This document shows positions 8,714 through 18,174 of a DNA stretch of 64,000 nucleotides, piece by piece (position 1 is the stretch's first letter; every line of letters starts with the position of its first letter). Below the pieces are notes generated by a model. That model had not been told where the DNA came from. It ran no database searches and saw only the letters and a list, made by a program, of their open reading frames with translations. The stretch lies in sequence record MW373745.1; one strand, written 5' to 3'. The translations under genes and the position numbers were made by a program.

Positions 8714-9406
8714 ATGACAATATATAGTTTTTCGAAAATAGATACATATAAAAAATGCCCAAAACAATATTATTATAGATATATTGAAAAGGTTCCAGAA
8801 ACTCAAAAGAACCCAGCATTAAAAAAAGGTTCTGATATACACGAAATACTTGAGTTTCATAACACTGAAAAATACAATGAAGTTCTTAATTCAAAAGATC
8901 CAGAAATACAAAATATTACATTAAGATTTATTGATTCTGAATTAGGAAAAGAAATACTATCCAGAAAATCTTTAAGAGAATATGAATTATTCTTAGATTC
9001 TAATTATGAACCTTGTAGCAAAGATACTGCTATTTTTGTAGGCTATATTGATAGAATTAATACGACTGAAAATGGATTAGAGCTTATAGATTATAAAACA
9101 GGTAAATATAAAGAACCATCTTATCAAGATTTTACACAATTAATTTTATATAGTTTATATATATTTAAAAGACTTAAACTAAATGAAATAAAAATAAGAT
9201 ATGTTTATGTTGAACATCTTTTAGAAAATACTTTAAGTTTGTCTCAAGATTCTGCAATTTATTGGCAAGATAATCTTAATAATCAAATAAAATCTATTGA
9301 AAATTCTATTGAATCTAATACTTGGAATAGCAAACCAAATAAATTATGTCCTTGGTGTCCTTATGCAGGATTATGTCCAGATTTTAAAGGTAAACCTAAA
9401 TGTTAA
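8714..9406 (+). CDS. Cas4-like / RecB-family PD-(D/E)xK exonuclease with Fe-S cysteines
   Basis: YKKCPK; GYIDR...IDYKTG; QLILY; C-terminal CPWCPYAGLC. Confidence 0.85.
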   Translation: MTIYSFSKIDTYKKCPKQYYYRYIEKVPETQKNPALKKGSDIHEILEFHNTEKYNEVLNSKDPEIQNITLRFIDSELGKEILSRKSLREYELFLDSNYEPCSKDTAIFVGYIDRINTTENGLELIDYKTGKYKEPSYQDFTQLILYSLYIFKRLKLNEIKIRYVYVEHLLENTLSLSQDSAIYWQDNLNNQIKSIENSIESNTWNSKPNKLCPWCPYAGLCPDFKGKPKC

Positions 9407-10818
9407 AAAATAATTTTAAAAAATTAAACGAATCATTTAGTTTAATATCTTTAACTGATGACCAAAAAGCTAAATTAATATTTAAGAAAGATATTCGTTA
9501 TAATATATGGGCTCAAATGAATCCAAAATTAGCTTATGAATACTTCTATAAAGATTTCAACAACCAACAAATTGTACCAAACGGTGTTTTAGAATACCTG
9601 GGTATAACAACTAAACCAGAAATTAATGAAAAATTAGATTCGCAATTGGAAATAATTATAAAACATTTAGAACCATTTCCAGTTTATGATTATCAAAAAC
9701 AAGCTATAAAAGATGCTATGCAATTTCATAAGTTATTCATTAGAGCAGCCACAGGTGCTGGTAAAAGCGTCATTATTGGATTAATTGCTAAGATTCTAAT
9801 ATTAAAAAAATTAAAAGGTTTGATACTCGTTCCCAACATTTCACTAACAAATCAATTTAATAATGATTTAATAAATTATAAATTGGATATAGAAACAAGA
9901 TTAATAGGTGGTGAAAATAATATTAAATCTTTTGATAAACCATTAACAATTAGTACTTGGCAATCTGTTAAAAACTTTAAAGAAGCCTTAAATGATTTAG
10001 ATTTTATTATTGTAGATGAAGCACATACAGCCAAAGCAGATCAAATATTTGATATTTGTAATAAGTGTATTAATGCTAAGTATAAGATAGGTTTGACAGG
10101 GACTATTCCAGATAATGAAATAGATGCTATGAGATTAATAAGTATTTTTGGTTTACCAAGAACATATATTACACCCAGAGGTTTAATAGATAGAGGTCTG
10201 GCTACAAATGCTATTATTAATATAATAGATCTTAAATATAAATTTAATTTTGAAGGTGAATATTCAAGCCAATTGAAACAATTAAAAGAATACGATCCAA
10301 GAAATAATTTAATTCAAAGAATAGGCGATACTGTAGTCAGCAAAGGTAACACTTTAGTATTATTTTCTCATACTGAACACGGTCTAACTTTATTTTATAA
10401 GTTCTTGAAATCCAGAGGATTAAACTACGATAAAAAGACTTATAAAGATTTGGCGTTTCAACAAAGAAATAATGTATTTTTTATTAACGGAATGATAGAA
10501 GGTTCGCAAAGGGAAACTATTAGACAATTAATAGATTCAGTAAACAATGCTATCGTAGTTGCTAATTATGCGACAACTTCAACCGGAGTAAATATTAAGA
10601 ATTTACATAATTTAGTGCTTGCTAGTCCACTCAAAAGTTATGTCACAATAACTCAAAGTATTGGTAGATTATTAAGACTTCACGATTCTAAAGATATTGT
10701 TAATATATATGATATTGCTGATCACAATGGTTTTTTTAAGAAACAAATAAATGCTAGAATAACAAAATCTTATGAACCTGAAGGTTATGAAATAAAAAGA
10801 TTTACTTACAATATATAA
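9400..10818 (+). CDS. uvsW: UvsW-like SF2 DNA helicase
   Basis: ATGAGKS, DEAH, GLTGT, QSIGRLLR; T4 UvsW-like size. Confidence 0.9.
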   Translation: MLKNNFKKLNESFSLISLTDDQKAKLIFKKDIRYNIWAQMNPKLAYEYFYKDFNNQQIVPNGVLEYLGITTKPEINEKLDSQLEIIIKHLEPFPVYDYQKQAIKDAMQFHKLFIRAATGAGKSVIIGLIAKILILKKLKGLILVPNISLTNQFNNDLINYKLDIETRLIGGENNIKSFDKPLTISTWQSVKNFKEALNDLDFIIVDEAHTAKADQIFDICNKCINAKYKIGLTGTIPDNEIDAMRLISIFGLPRTYITPRGLIDRGLATNAIINIIDLKYKFNFEGEYSSQLKQLKEYDPRNNLIQRIGDTVVSKGNTLVLFSHTEHGLTLFYKFLKSRGLNYDKKTYKDLAFQQRNNVFFINGMIEGSQRETIRQLIDSVNNAIVVANYATTSTGVNIKNLHNLVLASPLKSYVTITQSIGRLLRLHDSKDIVNIYDIADHNGFFKKQINARITKSYEPEGYEIKRFTYNI

Positions 10819-10912
10819 CCAACTAAACTATTATAAAATATTATATTTTAATTTTAAACTAAAGTTCTAAAATTTCAGCAAGAATTAAGTTCAAATATAT
10901 TATAATTCTACA

Positions 10913-11006
10913 TAGCTGTTTAAAAGGGGATTGATAGTCACGGTGACGGTAAATACAATAAGGGTATTGTAGACCTAAGAGCTTCCTAGCAGCTCAAACC
11001 TTTTTT
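10913..11006 (+). ncRNA. candidate structured small RNA (multi-branch)
   Basis: Promoter at 10883-10906; closing stem AAAAGG/CCTTTT encloses three hairpins; ends in a T tract. Confidence 0.4.
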
Positions 11007-11106
11007 ACGGCTTAGATTAATTTTAAACTTAGATCTAAACTTGCTGCTATAGTGTTAAATATGTACTTTAGGTTTAAACTTAGAATTAATTTTAAAAGGA
11101 GATACA

Positions 11107-11535
11107 ATGTTAATACAAGTTAACGAAAATACAACTGTTAAATTATCAGCAGTTTGTAATATTAATGTTTTGAAAGACAAACAAGTTTTCAATATGTGTT
11201 ATACTTTCACAGATAAAAAAGGAGCAATGAGTGGTTATTATTATGTAGATAATAGTAATATAAACTATCAAAATTCTAAATACTTCAAAGAAAAATTCAT
11301 AGCAGTTCGTGGTATTGATAGATTAATATATATTAACACAGATTTTGTAAGCTTTATTAAAAAAGATTACGCAAATTACCCAAAAGTGGTAATTGGTTTT
11401 AGTCATAGTGTATTAAGACACAATGTCGAATCTTTTGCATTTGCACCCGAATATATGTATATTAGAACCAAACCTGAAGATTTAGATTCTACTTATGAAC
11501 AAATCTTAGAAGCTATTACAAATATTTCAAAATAA
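11107..11535 (+). CDS. hypothetical protein
   Basis: 142 aa, AAGGAG RBS. Confidence 0.8.
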   Translation: MLIQVNENTTVKLSAVCNINVLKDKQVFNMCYTFTDKKGAMSGYYYVDNSNINYQNSKYFKEKFIAVRGIDRLIYINTDFVSFIKKDYANYPKVVIGFSHSVLRHNVESFAFAPEYMYIRTKPEDLDSTYEQILEAITNISK

Positions 11536-11545
11536 GGAGGTAAAA

Positions 11546-12277
11546 ATGAGAGATGAATTTGATGATTTGTTAGCAAGCTTGTCAATAGAACCTGTTAAGA
11601 AACCTGAAATAGAATATCAAGAACCATTAGTTGTTAAACCTGCAAGCAACATAGAAGTTAATGGAGTAAACGAGCAAAACGCAGATTTAAATGATTTTGG
11701 TGATGTTCTTAACAGCATCGAATCAGGTGTTAGTAATACCAGCAATAATAACGAAAATATGGTAGCTAGCTCAGATTCAGAAGCTTTTAAGGAATATATA
11801 GATCTCAGAAATATTAAAAATGAATCAGATATTGAAGTTCCTGATTTAGTGGATACAATGCATTTAGAAGAAGCGCCAAGTTTAATACCAGAAGCACCTA
11901 GTGAACATACAAATCAAACACAAGAATCAAAACCAAGTGGTTACGAAGTCCCAGATATCAAGGGAACTATCAAAAGGGTACCAGATGTTGACGATTCTGA
12001 AAATAATGTTTATAAATTAGAAACTGAATATATTGATATTATATTAAGTTATGAAGAAGAATTAAAAGATCTTAAACGTCGTTTTAAACTTAATACATTA
12101 GAATATCAAGCAAAAGGTGTTCAGACTAGGTTAGTTATTAAAGCAGTTAAACAAGCAGCCAAAGACGCTAAAAAAGAAGGTTATATTATTAAAGATGAAA
12201 ATAGAATCCAAGAAAGAATTAATAATGATTCTAATTTATTAGGAAGAATTTGTTCAATTATTAATTCATCAATCTAA
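11546..12277 (+). CDS. acidic low-complexity protein with C-terminal GapR/DsbA-like DNA-binding domain
   Basis: YIDIILSYEEELKDLK...YQAKGVQTRLVIKAVK resembles the DUF2312/GapR pattern. Confidence 0.5.
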   Translation: MRDEFDDLLASLSIEPVKKPEIEYQEPLVVKPASNIEVNGVNEQNADLNDFGDVLNSIESGVSNTSNNNENMVASSDSEAFKEYIDLRNIKNESDIEVPDLVDTMHLEEAPSLIPEAPSEHTNQTQESKPSGYEVPDIKGTIKRVPDVDDSENNVYKLETEYIDIILSYEEELKDLKRRFKLNTLEYQAKGVQTRLVIKAVKQAAKDAKKEGYIIKDENRIQERINNDSNLLGRICSIINSSI

Positions 12278-12290
12278 AAGTTTAATAATA

Positions 12291-12334
12291 TTTTAAGATA
12301 TTTTAAGATATTTTAAGATATTTTATATTATAAT
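12291..12334 (+). promoter_or_regulatory. (TTTTAAGATA)x3 followed by TATAAT promoter
   Basis: Three 10-bp copies at 12291-12320; the last is N11 from TATAAT (12329-12334). Confidence 0.7.
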
Positions 12335-12358
12335 ACACTAAAGTTTAAAAGGAGATAT

Positions 12359-13687
12359 ATGGTTCACAAAAGTGTTCAAGATTATTTTCTAAATGAATTA
12401 ACTAATTATTCTTGTTATAGTACTTTAAGAATGATAGCTAGTTCTATTGATGGTTTAAAAAATTCAAGCAGAAAAATCATTAACACAGCATTAGACAAAA
12501 AATTAAATACAGAAACTAAAGTTAGTATATTTGATAATATGGTTCAAAGTTATACACAATACTTGCACGGTTCGTGTTCAGGTGTTATTCAAAATATGGC
12601 TGCAAGCTATACTGGTTCTAATAATATTCCATTGCTTGAAGGTAAAGGTAATTTTGGTTCGAGGTTTATTAATGAGCCAGCAGCACCAAGATATGTTTAT
12701 GTTAAAAATAAAAAATATATTAATGATTTATTTGATATTAAAGATGTCTTGATTTCTCAGAATTTTGAAGGTTCAGAAATAGAACCAGTATTTTACGTTC
12801 CAAGTTTGCCTATACTAGTTTTAAATGGTTCAATGAATGGTCTTGCTAGTGGTTTTAAACAGAATATTTTACCAAGATCTTTGGATTCAGTAATAAAATA
12901 TATTAAGACAGGTAATAAAGTTGATTTAAAGCCGTATATTGCAGGTTTTAAAGGGGCTGTTGAATTAGTAGAAGATACCAGTTCTAATAATACACAATGG
13001 AACTTTATAGGTGTTGTCGAAGTCAATAAAAATAAAGCAATTATAACAGAAATACCACCATTTATCGAGTATACAAAATATCTCGAAATATTAGATAATC
13101 TTGTAGAGACTAAAAAGATTAAAAATTATAAAGACTTGTCAGACCAAAGAAACCAAGAATTTAAATTCGAAGTTATATTTTTCGATAATATCTCTAAAGA
13201 GAAAGCTATCGATATATTAAAATTATCTAAAAGAGAAACAGAAATATATAATGCTTTGGATGAAAATAATCAAGTCAGAACTTTTGAAAATATTGAATCT
13301 ATAATTGATTATTACATAGACGTTAGAAAAAGATTTTTGGTTAAACAAAAAGATTTTGATTTAAAAGTTCTTGAAAATGATTTAAATATTAATATTCAAA
13401 AATTAAGATTTGTTAAATTAATCATTGATTCAGAGTTACAAATTATGAAAAGATCTAAAAAGGATATTGAATTGGATCTTGAAAGTAAAGAGTTTATTAA
13501 GTTTGAGAATAGTTATGATTATTTGCTTAAGTTACCAATACATTCGTTTACAAACGAAACTTTTGAAAAATTAGTACAAAATGCTAAAGAAATCAAAGCT
13601 AAATTTGAAACATTAAAAAATCTGGATACATTTAAAAATTATGTCGAATCTTTAGATTCTATTAAGAACATATTAACTAAAGCTTAA
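12359..13687 (+). CDS. type IIA DNA topoisomerase, T4 gp52-like (GyrA/ParC-like) subunit
   Basis: DGLKNSSRK, YLHG, GNFGSR, AAPRY (catalytic Tyr), LVLNG; 442 aa. Confidence 0.93.
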   Translation: MVHKSVQDYFLNELTNYSCYSTLRMIASSIDGLKNSSRKIINTALDKKLNTETKVSIFDNMVQSYTQYLHGSCSGVIQNMAASYTGSNNIPLLEGKGNFGSRFINEPAAPRYVYVKNKKYINDLFDIKDVLISQNFEGSEIEPVFYVPSLPILVLNGSMNGLASGFKQNILPRSLDSVIKYIKTGNKVDLKPYIAGFKGAVELVEDTSSNNTQWNFIGVVEVNKNKAIITEIPPFIEYTKYLEILDNLVETKKIKNYKDLSDQRNQEFKFEVIFFDNISKEKAIDILKLSKRETEIYNALDENNQVRTFENIESIIDYYIDVRKRFLVKQKDFDLKVLENDLNINIQKLRFVKLIIDSELQIMKRSKKDIELDLESKEFIKFENSYDYLLKLPIHSFTNETFEKLVQNAKEIKAKFETLKNLDTFKNYVESLDSIKNILTKA

Positions 13688-13698
13688 GAGGAGTTAAA

Positions 13699-14532
13699 AT
13701 GAGATACGAAGCTATAAACAATAAAACAAAAATTGAGGATTCTGAATTGGATATTATATCTACAAAAGATACGAGGCATTCATTATACAAAAAAAGTTTT
13801 AATTATACTAATTATACTTTAAATATCAATTCATTTGATCACGAAGAAGGTGAATTAGAAAATATTTTTGCTGATCTTAATGACGCTAATGAAGGTGATT
13901 CTATACAAATCTTTATAGCCAGTGTGGGTGGTTTTGCTAATGAACTTAATAGATTTACAAATATAATTAGAACAAAGTTCTATGGTAATGTAACAACAGT
14001 ATTAAACCCATTTGGATATTCTTGTGGTGCTATGATGTTCTTAATTGGTAATTCACGTGTAATTTATGAGAACTCAAGTATTATGTTCCATTCAGTAAGT
14101 TTTGGAGTTTCTGGTAAACATTCGGATGTTAAAACGCAATTTGATTTTTCTAATAAGTATTGGAATGAATATATGAAGTCATTATTAAATCCATATCTTA
14201 CCAAGAAAGAAATTGAATTATTAATAGATGGTGTTGAGTTTTGGTTCGATGCTTATGAAATGTGTAAACGTGGTATTGCTACTCATATTAATGTTTTTGG
14301 TTTAAGTATGAAAGCAGATGCTTATTGTGAGTACATAGATAATTTAGATTATAGAATAGAGTTTCTTGAATATATTATTAAAGAAGGTGACCTTGATTCT
14401 ATTGATTTACAAAGGGCTGAAATTGAGTTAGAACAAGCTAAAAAAGATGCTAAGAAAGCCAGCACTACTAAAACTACTAAAACTACTAAAACCACTACTA
14501 ATAATGAAATTGAGTCTAAAGATCTTAGCTAA
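13699..14532 (+). CDS. ClpP-like serine protease
   Basis: IASVGG, GYSCGAM (Ser), IMFHS (His); (TTK)3 repeat at 14464-14490. Confidence 0.75.
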   Translation: MRYEAINNKTKIEDSELDIISTKDTRHSLYKKSFNYTNYTLNINSFDHEEGELENIFADLNDANEGDSIQIFIASVGGFANELNRFTNIIRTKFYGNVTTVLNPFGYSCGAMMFLIGNSRVIYENSSIMFHSVSFGVSGKHSDVKTQFDFSNKYWNEYMKSLLNPYLTKKEIELLIDGVEFWFDAYEMCKRGIATHINVFGLSMKADAYCEYIDNLDYRIEFLEYIIKEGDLDSIDLQRAEIELEQAKKDAKKASTTKTTKTTKTTTNNEIESKDLS

Positions 14533-14604
14533 GATCTTTAGGCTTTAAGAATCTTTTTAGTTCAGCTATATTATAATCATATATAACACCTAAGGTAATA
14601 AAAT

Positions 14605-16878
14605 ATGAAAATAACAATCTTTGGAACTGCAAGTAAAAATGAAAAGTTTGCTAAGTCGCCATACGATGACAATTCTTTTATTTTTGAAACAATTGAAGTC
14701 CAAACGACTTACCAAGCATTTCAACTACTTGTTAATAATTTTTGTTTAAATATTGCCTTAGACTTAAAAGGACCTGGCAAATCCAGAAGATTAAAAACAG
14801 ATTTAGAACCTCATATAATTAAAACATTTGATCATTTATTATTTGATTTTGAATGCAAATCAGAGTTTAATAAAAATATGGCATTAGACTATTTTAAGAG
14901 CACACAATGCACTATCGGTCAATCCAGATCTTATGATGGTGTTAATAATTTTAATTTAAAAGGTATTATTAAAACAGCTCCAATGAGCTTAAAAGAACTA
15001 AAAGTTTTGCAAGCTAAAATTCAAAAAGAACTTTCTGAGTATGGTAAATATACTACTGATACATTAAGAATAACTTATTATACAGCGCCTTTGAATAAAG
15101 ATAATATACTCTTGGATAACCCAAACGGTTCTATGTTAATGCCTATAGGTACGAATGTTACAGATTACTATAATAACATAGATTTAGATTGTAAATTTAA
15201 TATTACCTCTAAAGAAACTACTGAAATATGCAAAACAATTTTTAAGAACCTGGGTTTTATCTTAGTAGATATCAATGCTAATGGTTCTATAAAATACACA
15301 AAAGATTCTGAAAATTATATTTGGTACCCAAATAATCCATATATTATGAATCATACTGAAAGTTATATGTCAGTAAATATTTGGAAAGAAGCTATAAAAT
15401 ATGAACCTACTTTTGATATAACTCCTTATATAGATTATAAAGCAGATATTGTAGTTGATAGAAACTTTACAGAAATTAAGTCTGAATTAGATTCAATTGT
15501 AGAAGCTTTTTTGTTTAAGCATAATGGTGCTCTGACTTTGAGAGCTCCTATGGGTTCGGGTAAAACAACTTTTATAGATAGAATTATAGAAGCAGCACTA
15601 GAGAGAGATTTTAAGGTTGCAATTATAACTAATAGAGTTACGTTAGCAGAAGATTACAAAAGAAAATATAAGAAGTTTTTATATTATAAAGATTATACTG
15701 ATGCTATTAAAGCCAAGGATTCTAAGAATTCTAACAACATAAGTGGTGAAGAAGCTATCAGACTTATTGAAAGTTATAGTAATGTTGACAACGTTAGTAA
15801 TTTAAATAATGCTAATACTAGTTTTGTCACAAAAACCAAAAAACCAAAAATAGTTAGATCAAAAGGTAAATCCTTAATTTGTCAATACGACAGTTTTAGA
15901 CATTTTGATTTAGATGACTACGACCTAATTATACTCGATGAGTTTATGAGTTTATTAATGCATACAAGATCTGCATTGAATAGTAAAACAGAGAACTTAA
16001 TAAAATTCTATACTGCTTTAAATAAAAAAGTTGTTGTAGCTGATGCATTTTTAAGTAAATACATTGTGGACAATATGTTTACTAAACCTTTAAATGTTGT
16101 TAGCTATACAAAAAATAATACAGAACTTTATAGTTGCAATGACAGCAATACCTTTTATACATTAATTAAAAATGCTTTAGATTCTAATAAAAAAATAACT
16201 ATTTCTACAACTAGTATAAAAGTTGTTGATATTATTAAACAAATGTGTTATATACTAAATAAAAAAATAATTATTTTTAATAAAGAAACCGGCTCAGTAT
16301 CAAAAAATATTATATATGATAAAATTAGGTCTAAAGAAGCGCTAGATTGTGATGTCTTTATTTACACTCCAGTGTTAACTGTAGGAGTTAACATTCTGAA
16401 TGATGTTGATATACATTTTCATTATGATAGTGCAAGTTCTACAGACGTTATTAGTTCTTTACAAATGTTAGGCAGAGCAAGATTTTCCAAAAAGATAATT
16501 TACTATGTTATGAACAAAAAATATAATGCTTGTATTAATTATGATTTATTAAAAACTACTGTAGAAAAAAAGCCTAAGGAGCATACTGATGATTCTAAAG
16601 ACAGAGATGTTGAATATAAGAGGGGAACTGTTAAAAATCTTTTATATCATTTTCACGTACCACCTGGCAAAGATTATCAAGAATTAAGCCATATTGGTAA
16701 AGCTTGTCTAAAAGTAGACGTTTTTAACAATATGACTTTATGTGACTATAAAAAATCTTTTGATGTTTTATTAAGTTTTAATTTCAGTAAGATACCTATT
16801 GAATTAAGAAAAATAGGTGGTGATATTTTGAAATTAATGAATATTAAAATACAGGATTCGAAAGATTCCGAGCTTTAG
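14605..16878 (+). CDS. origin-binding-type SF2 helicase with possible N-terminal primase-like domain
   Basis: APMGSGKT, ILDEF, TVGVNI, QMLGRAR. Confidence 0.7.
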   Translation: MKITIFGTASKNEKFAKSPYDDNSFIFETIEVQTTYQAFQLLVNNFCLNIALDLKGPGKSRRLKTDLEPHIIKTFDHLLFDFECKSEFNKNMALDYFKSTQCTIGQSRSYDGVNNFNLKGIIKTAPMSLKELKVLQAKIQKELSEYGKYTTDTLRITYYTAPLNKDNILLDNPNGSMLMPIGTNVTDYYNNIDLDCKFNITSKETTEICKTIFKNLGFILVDINANGSIKYTKDSENYIWYPNNPYIMNHTESYMSVNIWKEAIKYEPTFDITPYIDYKADIVVDRNFTEIKSELDSIVEAFLFKHNGALTLRAPMGSGKTTFIDRIIEAALERDFKVAIITNRVTLAEDYKRKYKKFLYYKDYTDAIKAKDSKNSNNISGEEAIRLIESYSNVDNVSNLNNANTSFVTKTKKPKIVRSKGKSLICQYDSFRHFDLDDYDLIILDEFMSLLMHTRSALNSKTENLIKFYTALNKKVVVADAFLSKYIVDNMFTKPLNVVSYTKNNTELYSCNDSNTFYTLIKNALDSNKKITISTTSIKVVDIIKQMCYILNKKIIIFNKETGSVSKNIIYDKIRSKEALDCDVFIYTPVLTVGVNILNDVDIHFHYDSASSTDVISSLQMLGRARFSKKIIYYVMNKKYNACINYDLLKTTVEKKPKEHTDDSKDRDVEYKRGTVKNLLYHFHVPPGKDYQELSHIGKACLKVDVFNNMTLCDYKKSFDVLLSFNFSKIPIELRKIGGDILKLMNIKIQDSKDSEL

Positions 16879-16937
16879 TTTAAGTTTAAAATTAGTCCAA
16901 ATATATTATAATTAAAAAATCAAATAAAGGAGTTGAA

Positions 16938-17363
16938 ATGCAATTAATAGATGGCTATTACACAGATTCTAATAACAATAAATGGGATTCTTCTATGTAT
17001 ACTGAAGAACAAGCGAAAGAAGCTTCTGAGTCTTTAGTAGTTTGTAAAGATTGTTTAAATTGTTTCAATTGTATTGATTGTTATAAATGTATTGATTGTA
17101 TTGATTGTTATAAATGCCGCGTTTCTAAAGATTGTATTGATTGTAAATCTTGTATTGATTGTATTGATTGTTATAAATGCCAAGGTTGCTTTAAATGCCA
17201 TAAATGCGTTTATTGTTTGGATTGTCACGAATGTGTGGATTGCAAGAGGTGTCGAGCTTCTATAGATTGTTTGAATTGCATTGAGTGTGCGAATACTTCG
17301 AATGAATCACATACTCGAAAATCACATACAGTATTAAAAATATATAAAATCTTAAATGCATAA
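16938..17363 (+). CDS. Cys-rich (Cxx)n repeat protein
   Basis: 26 Cys in strict 3-residue register over 84 aa. Confidence 0.8.
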   Translation: MQLIDGYYTDSNNNKWDSSMYTEEQAKEASESLVVCKDCLNCFNCIDCYKCIDCIDCYKCRVSKDCIDCKSCIDCIDCYKCQGCFKCHKCVYCLDCHECVDCKRCRASIDCLNCIECANTSNESHTRKSHTVLKIYKILNA

Positions 17364-17391
17364 AATCACAGATTCATAAATAAACTAAAAG

Positions 17392-17943
17392 GTGATAATG
17401 ATTTATATTACAAGTGATTTACATATATCTCATCAAAATATTATAAAATATACTGGTAGGTATATTGATGATGCTTTAGAATATTCAAAAGAAGTTCATA
17501 AGTATTTTAAATCTGTTTTAAAAGATTCTGATATTTTAATGTTTTTAGGAGATTTAGATTGTGGTCCTAATAAAAATATAGAATTCTTAAGACACTTTAT
17601 TAGTTCATTACCAAGCAAAAAAATTTTTGTAAGAGGTAACCACGACAAGTGGTTAGATACTGAAAGTATTTTATATATTGGATTTAGTGCAGTTTCTGAT
17701 ATCATTAGATATAAAGATACTTTGTTTTGTCATTATCCGTTAGATTCAAAATCAGTAATACCTAAAGAAGCTCCAGAGTTTTTAAAATCATATGATTTAA
17801 CTGGTATTAAAAAAATATATCACGGCCATACTCACAATAATTGGATAGTGGATTCTAAAGATGGTATTGAAAGAATTAATTGTTGTATAGACAGAAATCC
17901 AGAAGTTATTGGTGCTTTGATACCATTCGAGCCTAAGACTTAA
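17392..17943 (+). CDS. calcineurin-like metallophosphoesterase
   Basis: SDLH, LGD, GNHD, HYP, HGHTH. Confidence 0.9.
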   Translation: MIMIYITSDLHISHQNIIKYTGRYIDDALEYSKEVHKYFKSVLKDSDILMFLGDLDCGPNKNIEFLRHFISSLPSKKIFVRGNHDKWLDTESILYIGFSAVSDIIRYKDTLFCHYPLDSKSVIPKEAPEFLKSYDLTGIKKIYHGHTHNNWIVDSKDGIERINCCIDRNPEVIGALIPFEPKT

Positions 17944-17967
17944 AAGCTTAAAATAAAAGGATATTAA

Positions 17968-18153
17968 ATGAATAAAGTTTCTGAAGTTAAAAAAGTTACA
18001 AGAGTTTTCCAAGGAAAATCTGTGTATGATTGTTTAGTTCGTTGGAATGATGCTAATAAATTTGTGCCTTGTACAGTTGATATTCAAAATCCAGGTGACC
18101 TGAAGCCATTAGCAGATTACTTACTTAAACATAATCTTATCTCTGGTCTTTAA
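17968..18153 (+). CDS. hypothetical protein
   Basis: 61 aa, AAGGA RBS. Confidence 0.65.
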   Translation: MNKVSEVKKVTRVFQGKSVYDCLVRWNDANKFVPCTVDIQNPGDLKPLADYLLKHNLISGL

Positions 18154-18174
18154 TAAAAGACCTTACCAAGGTTC

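Noticed and set aside
10922-11004. Canonical tRNA gene
   Set aside because: Cloverleaf-like, but with no TTCRA T-loop, no 7-nt anticodon loop and no CCA; kept only as an ncRNA candidate.
17074-17265. Hydrophobic 63-aa ORF
   Set aside because: Off-frame shadow of the (Cxx)n repeat.
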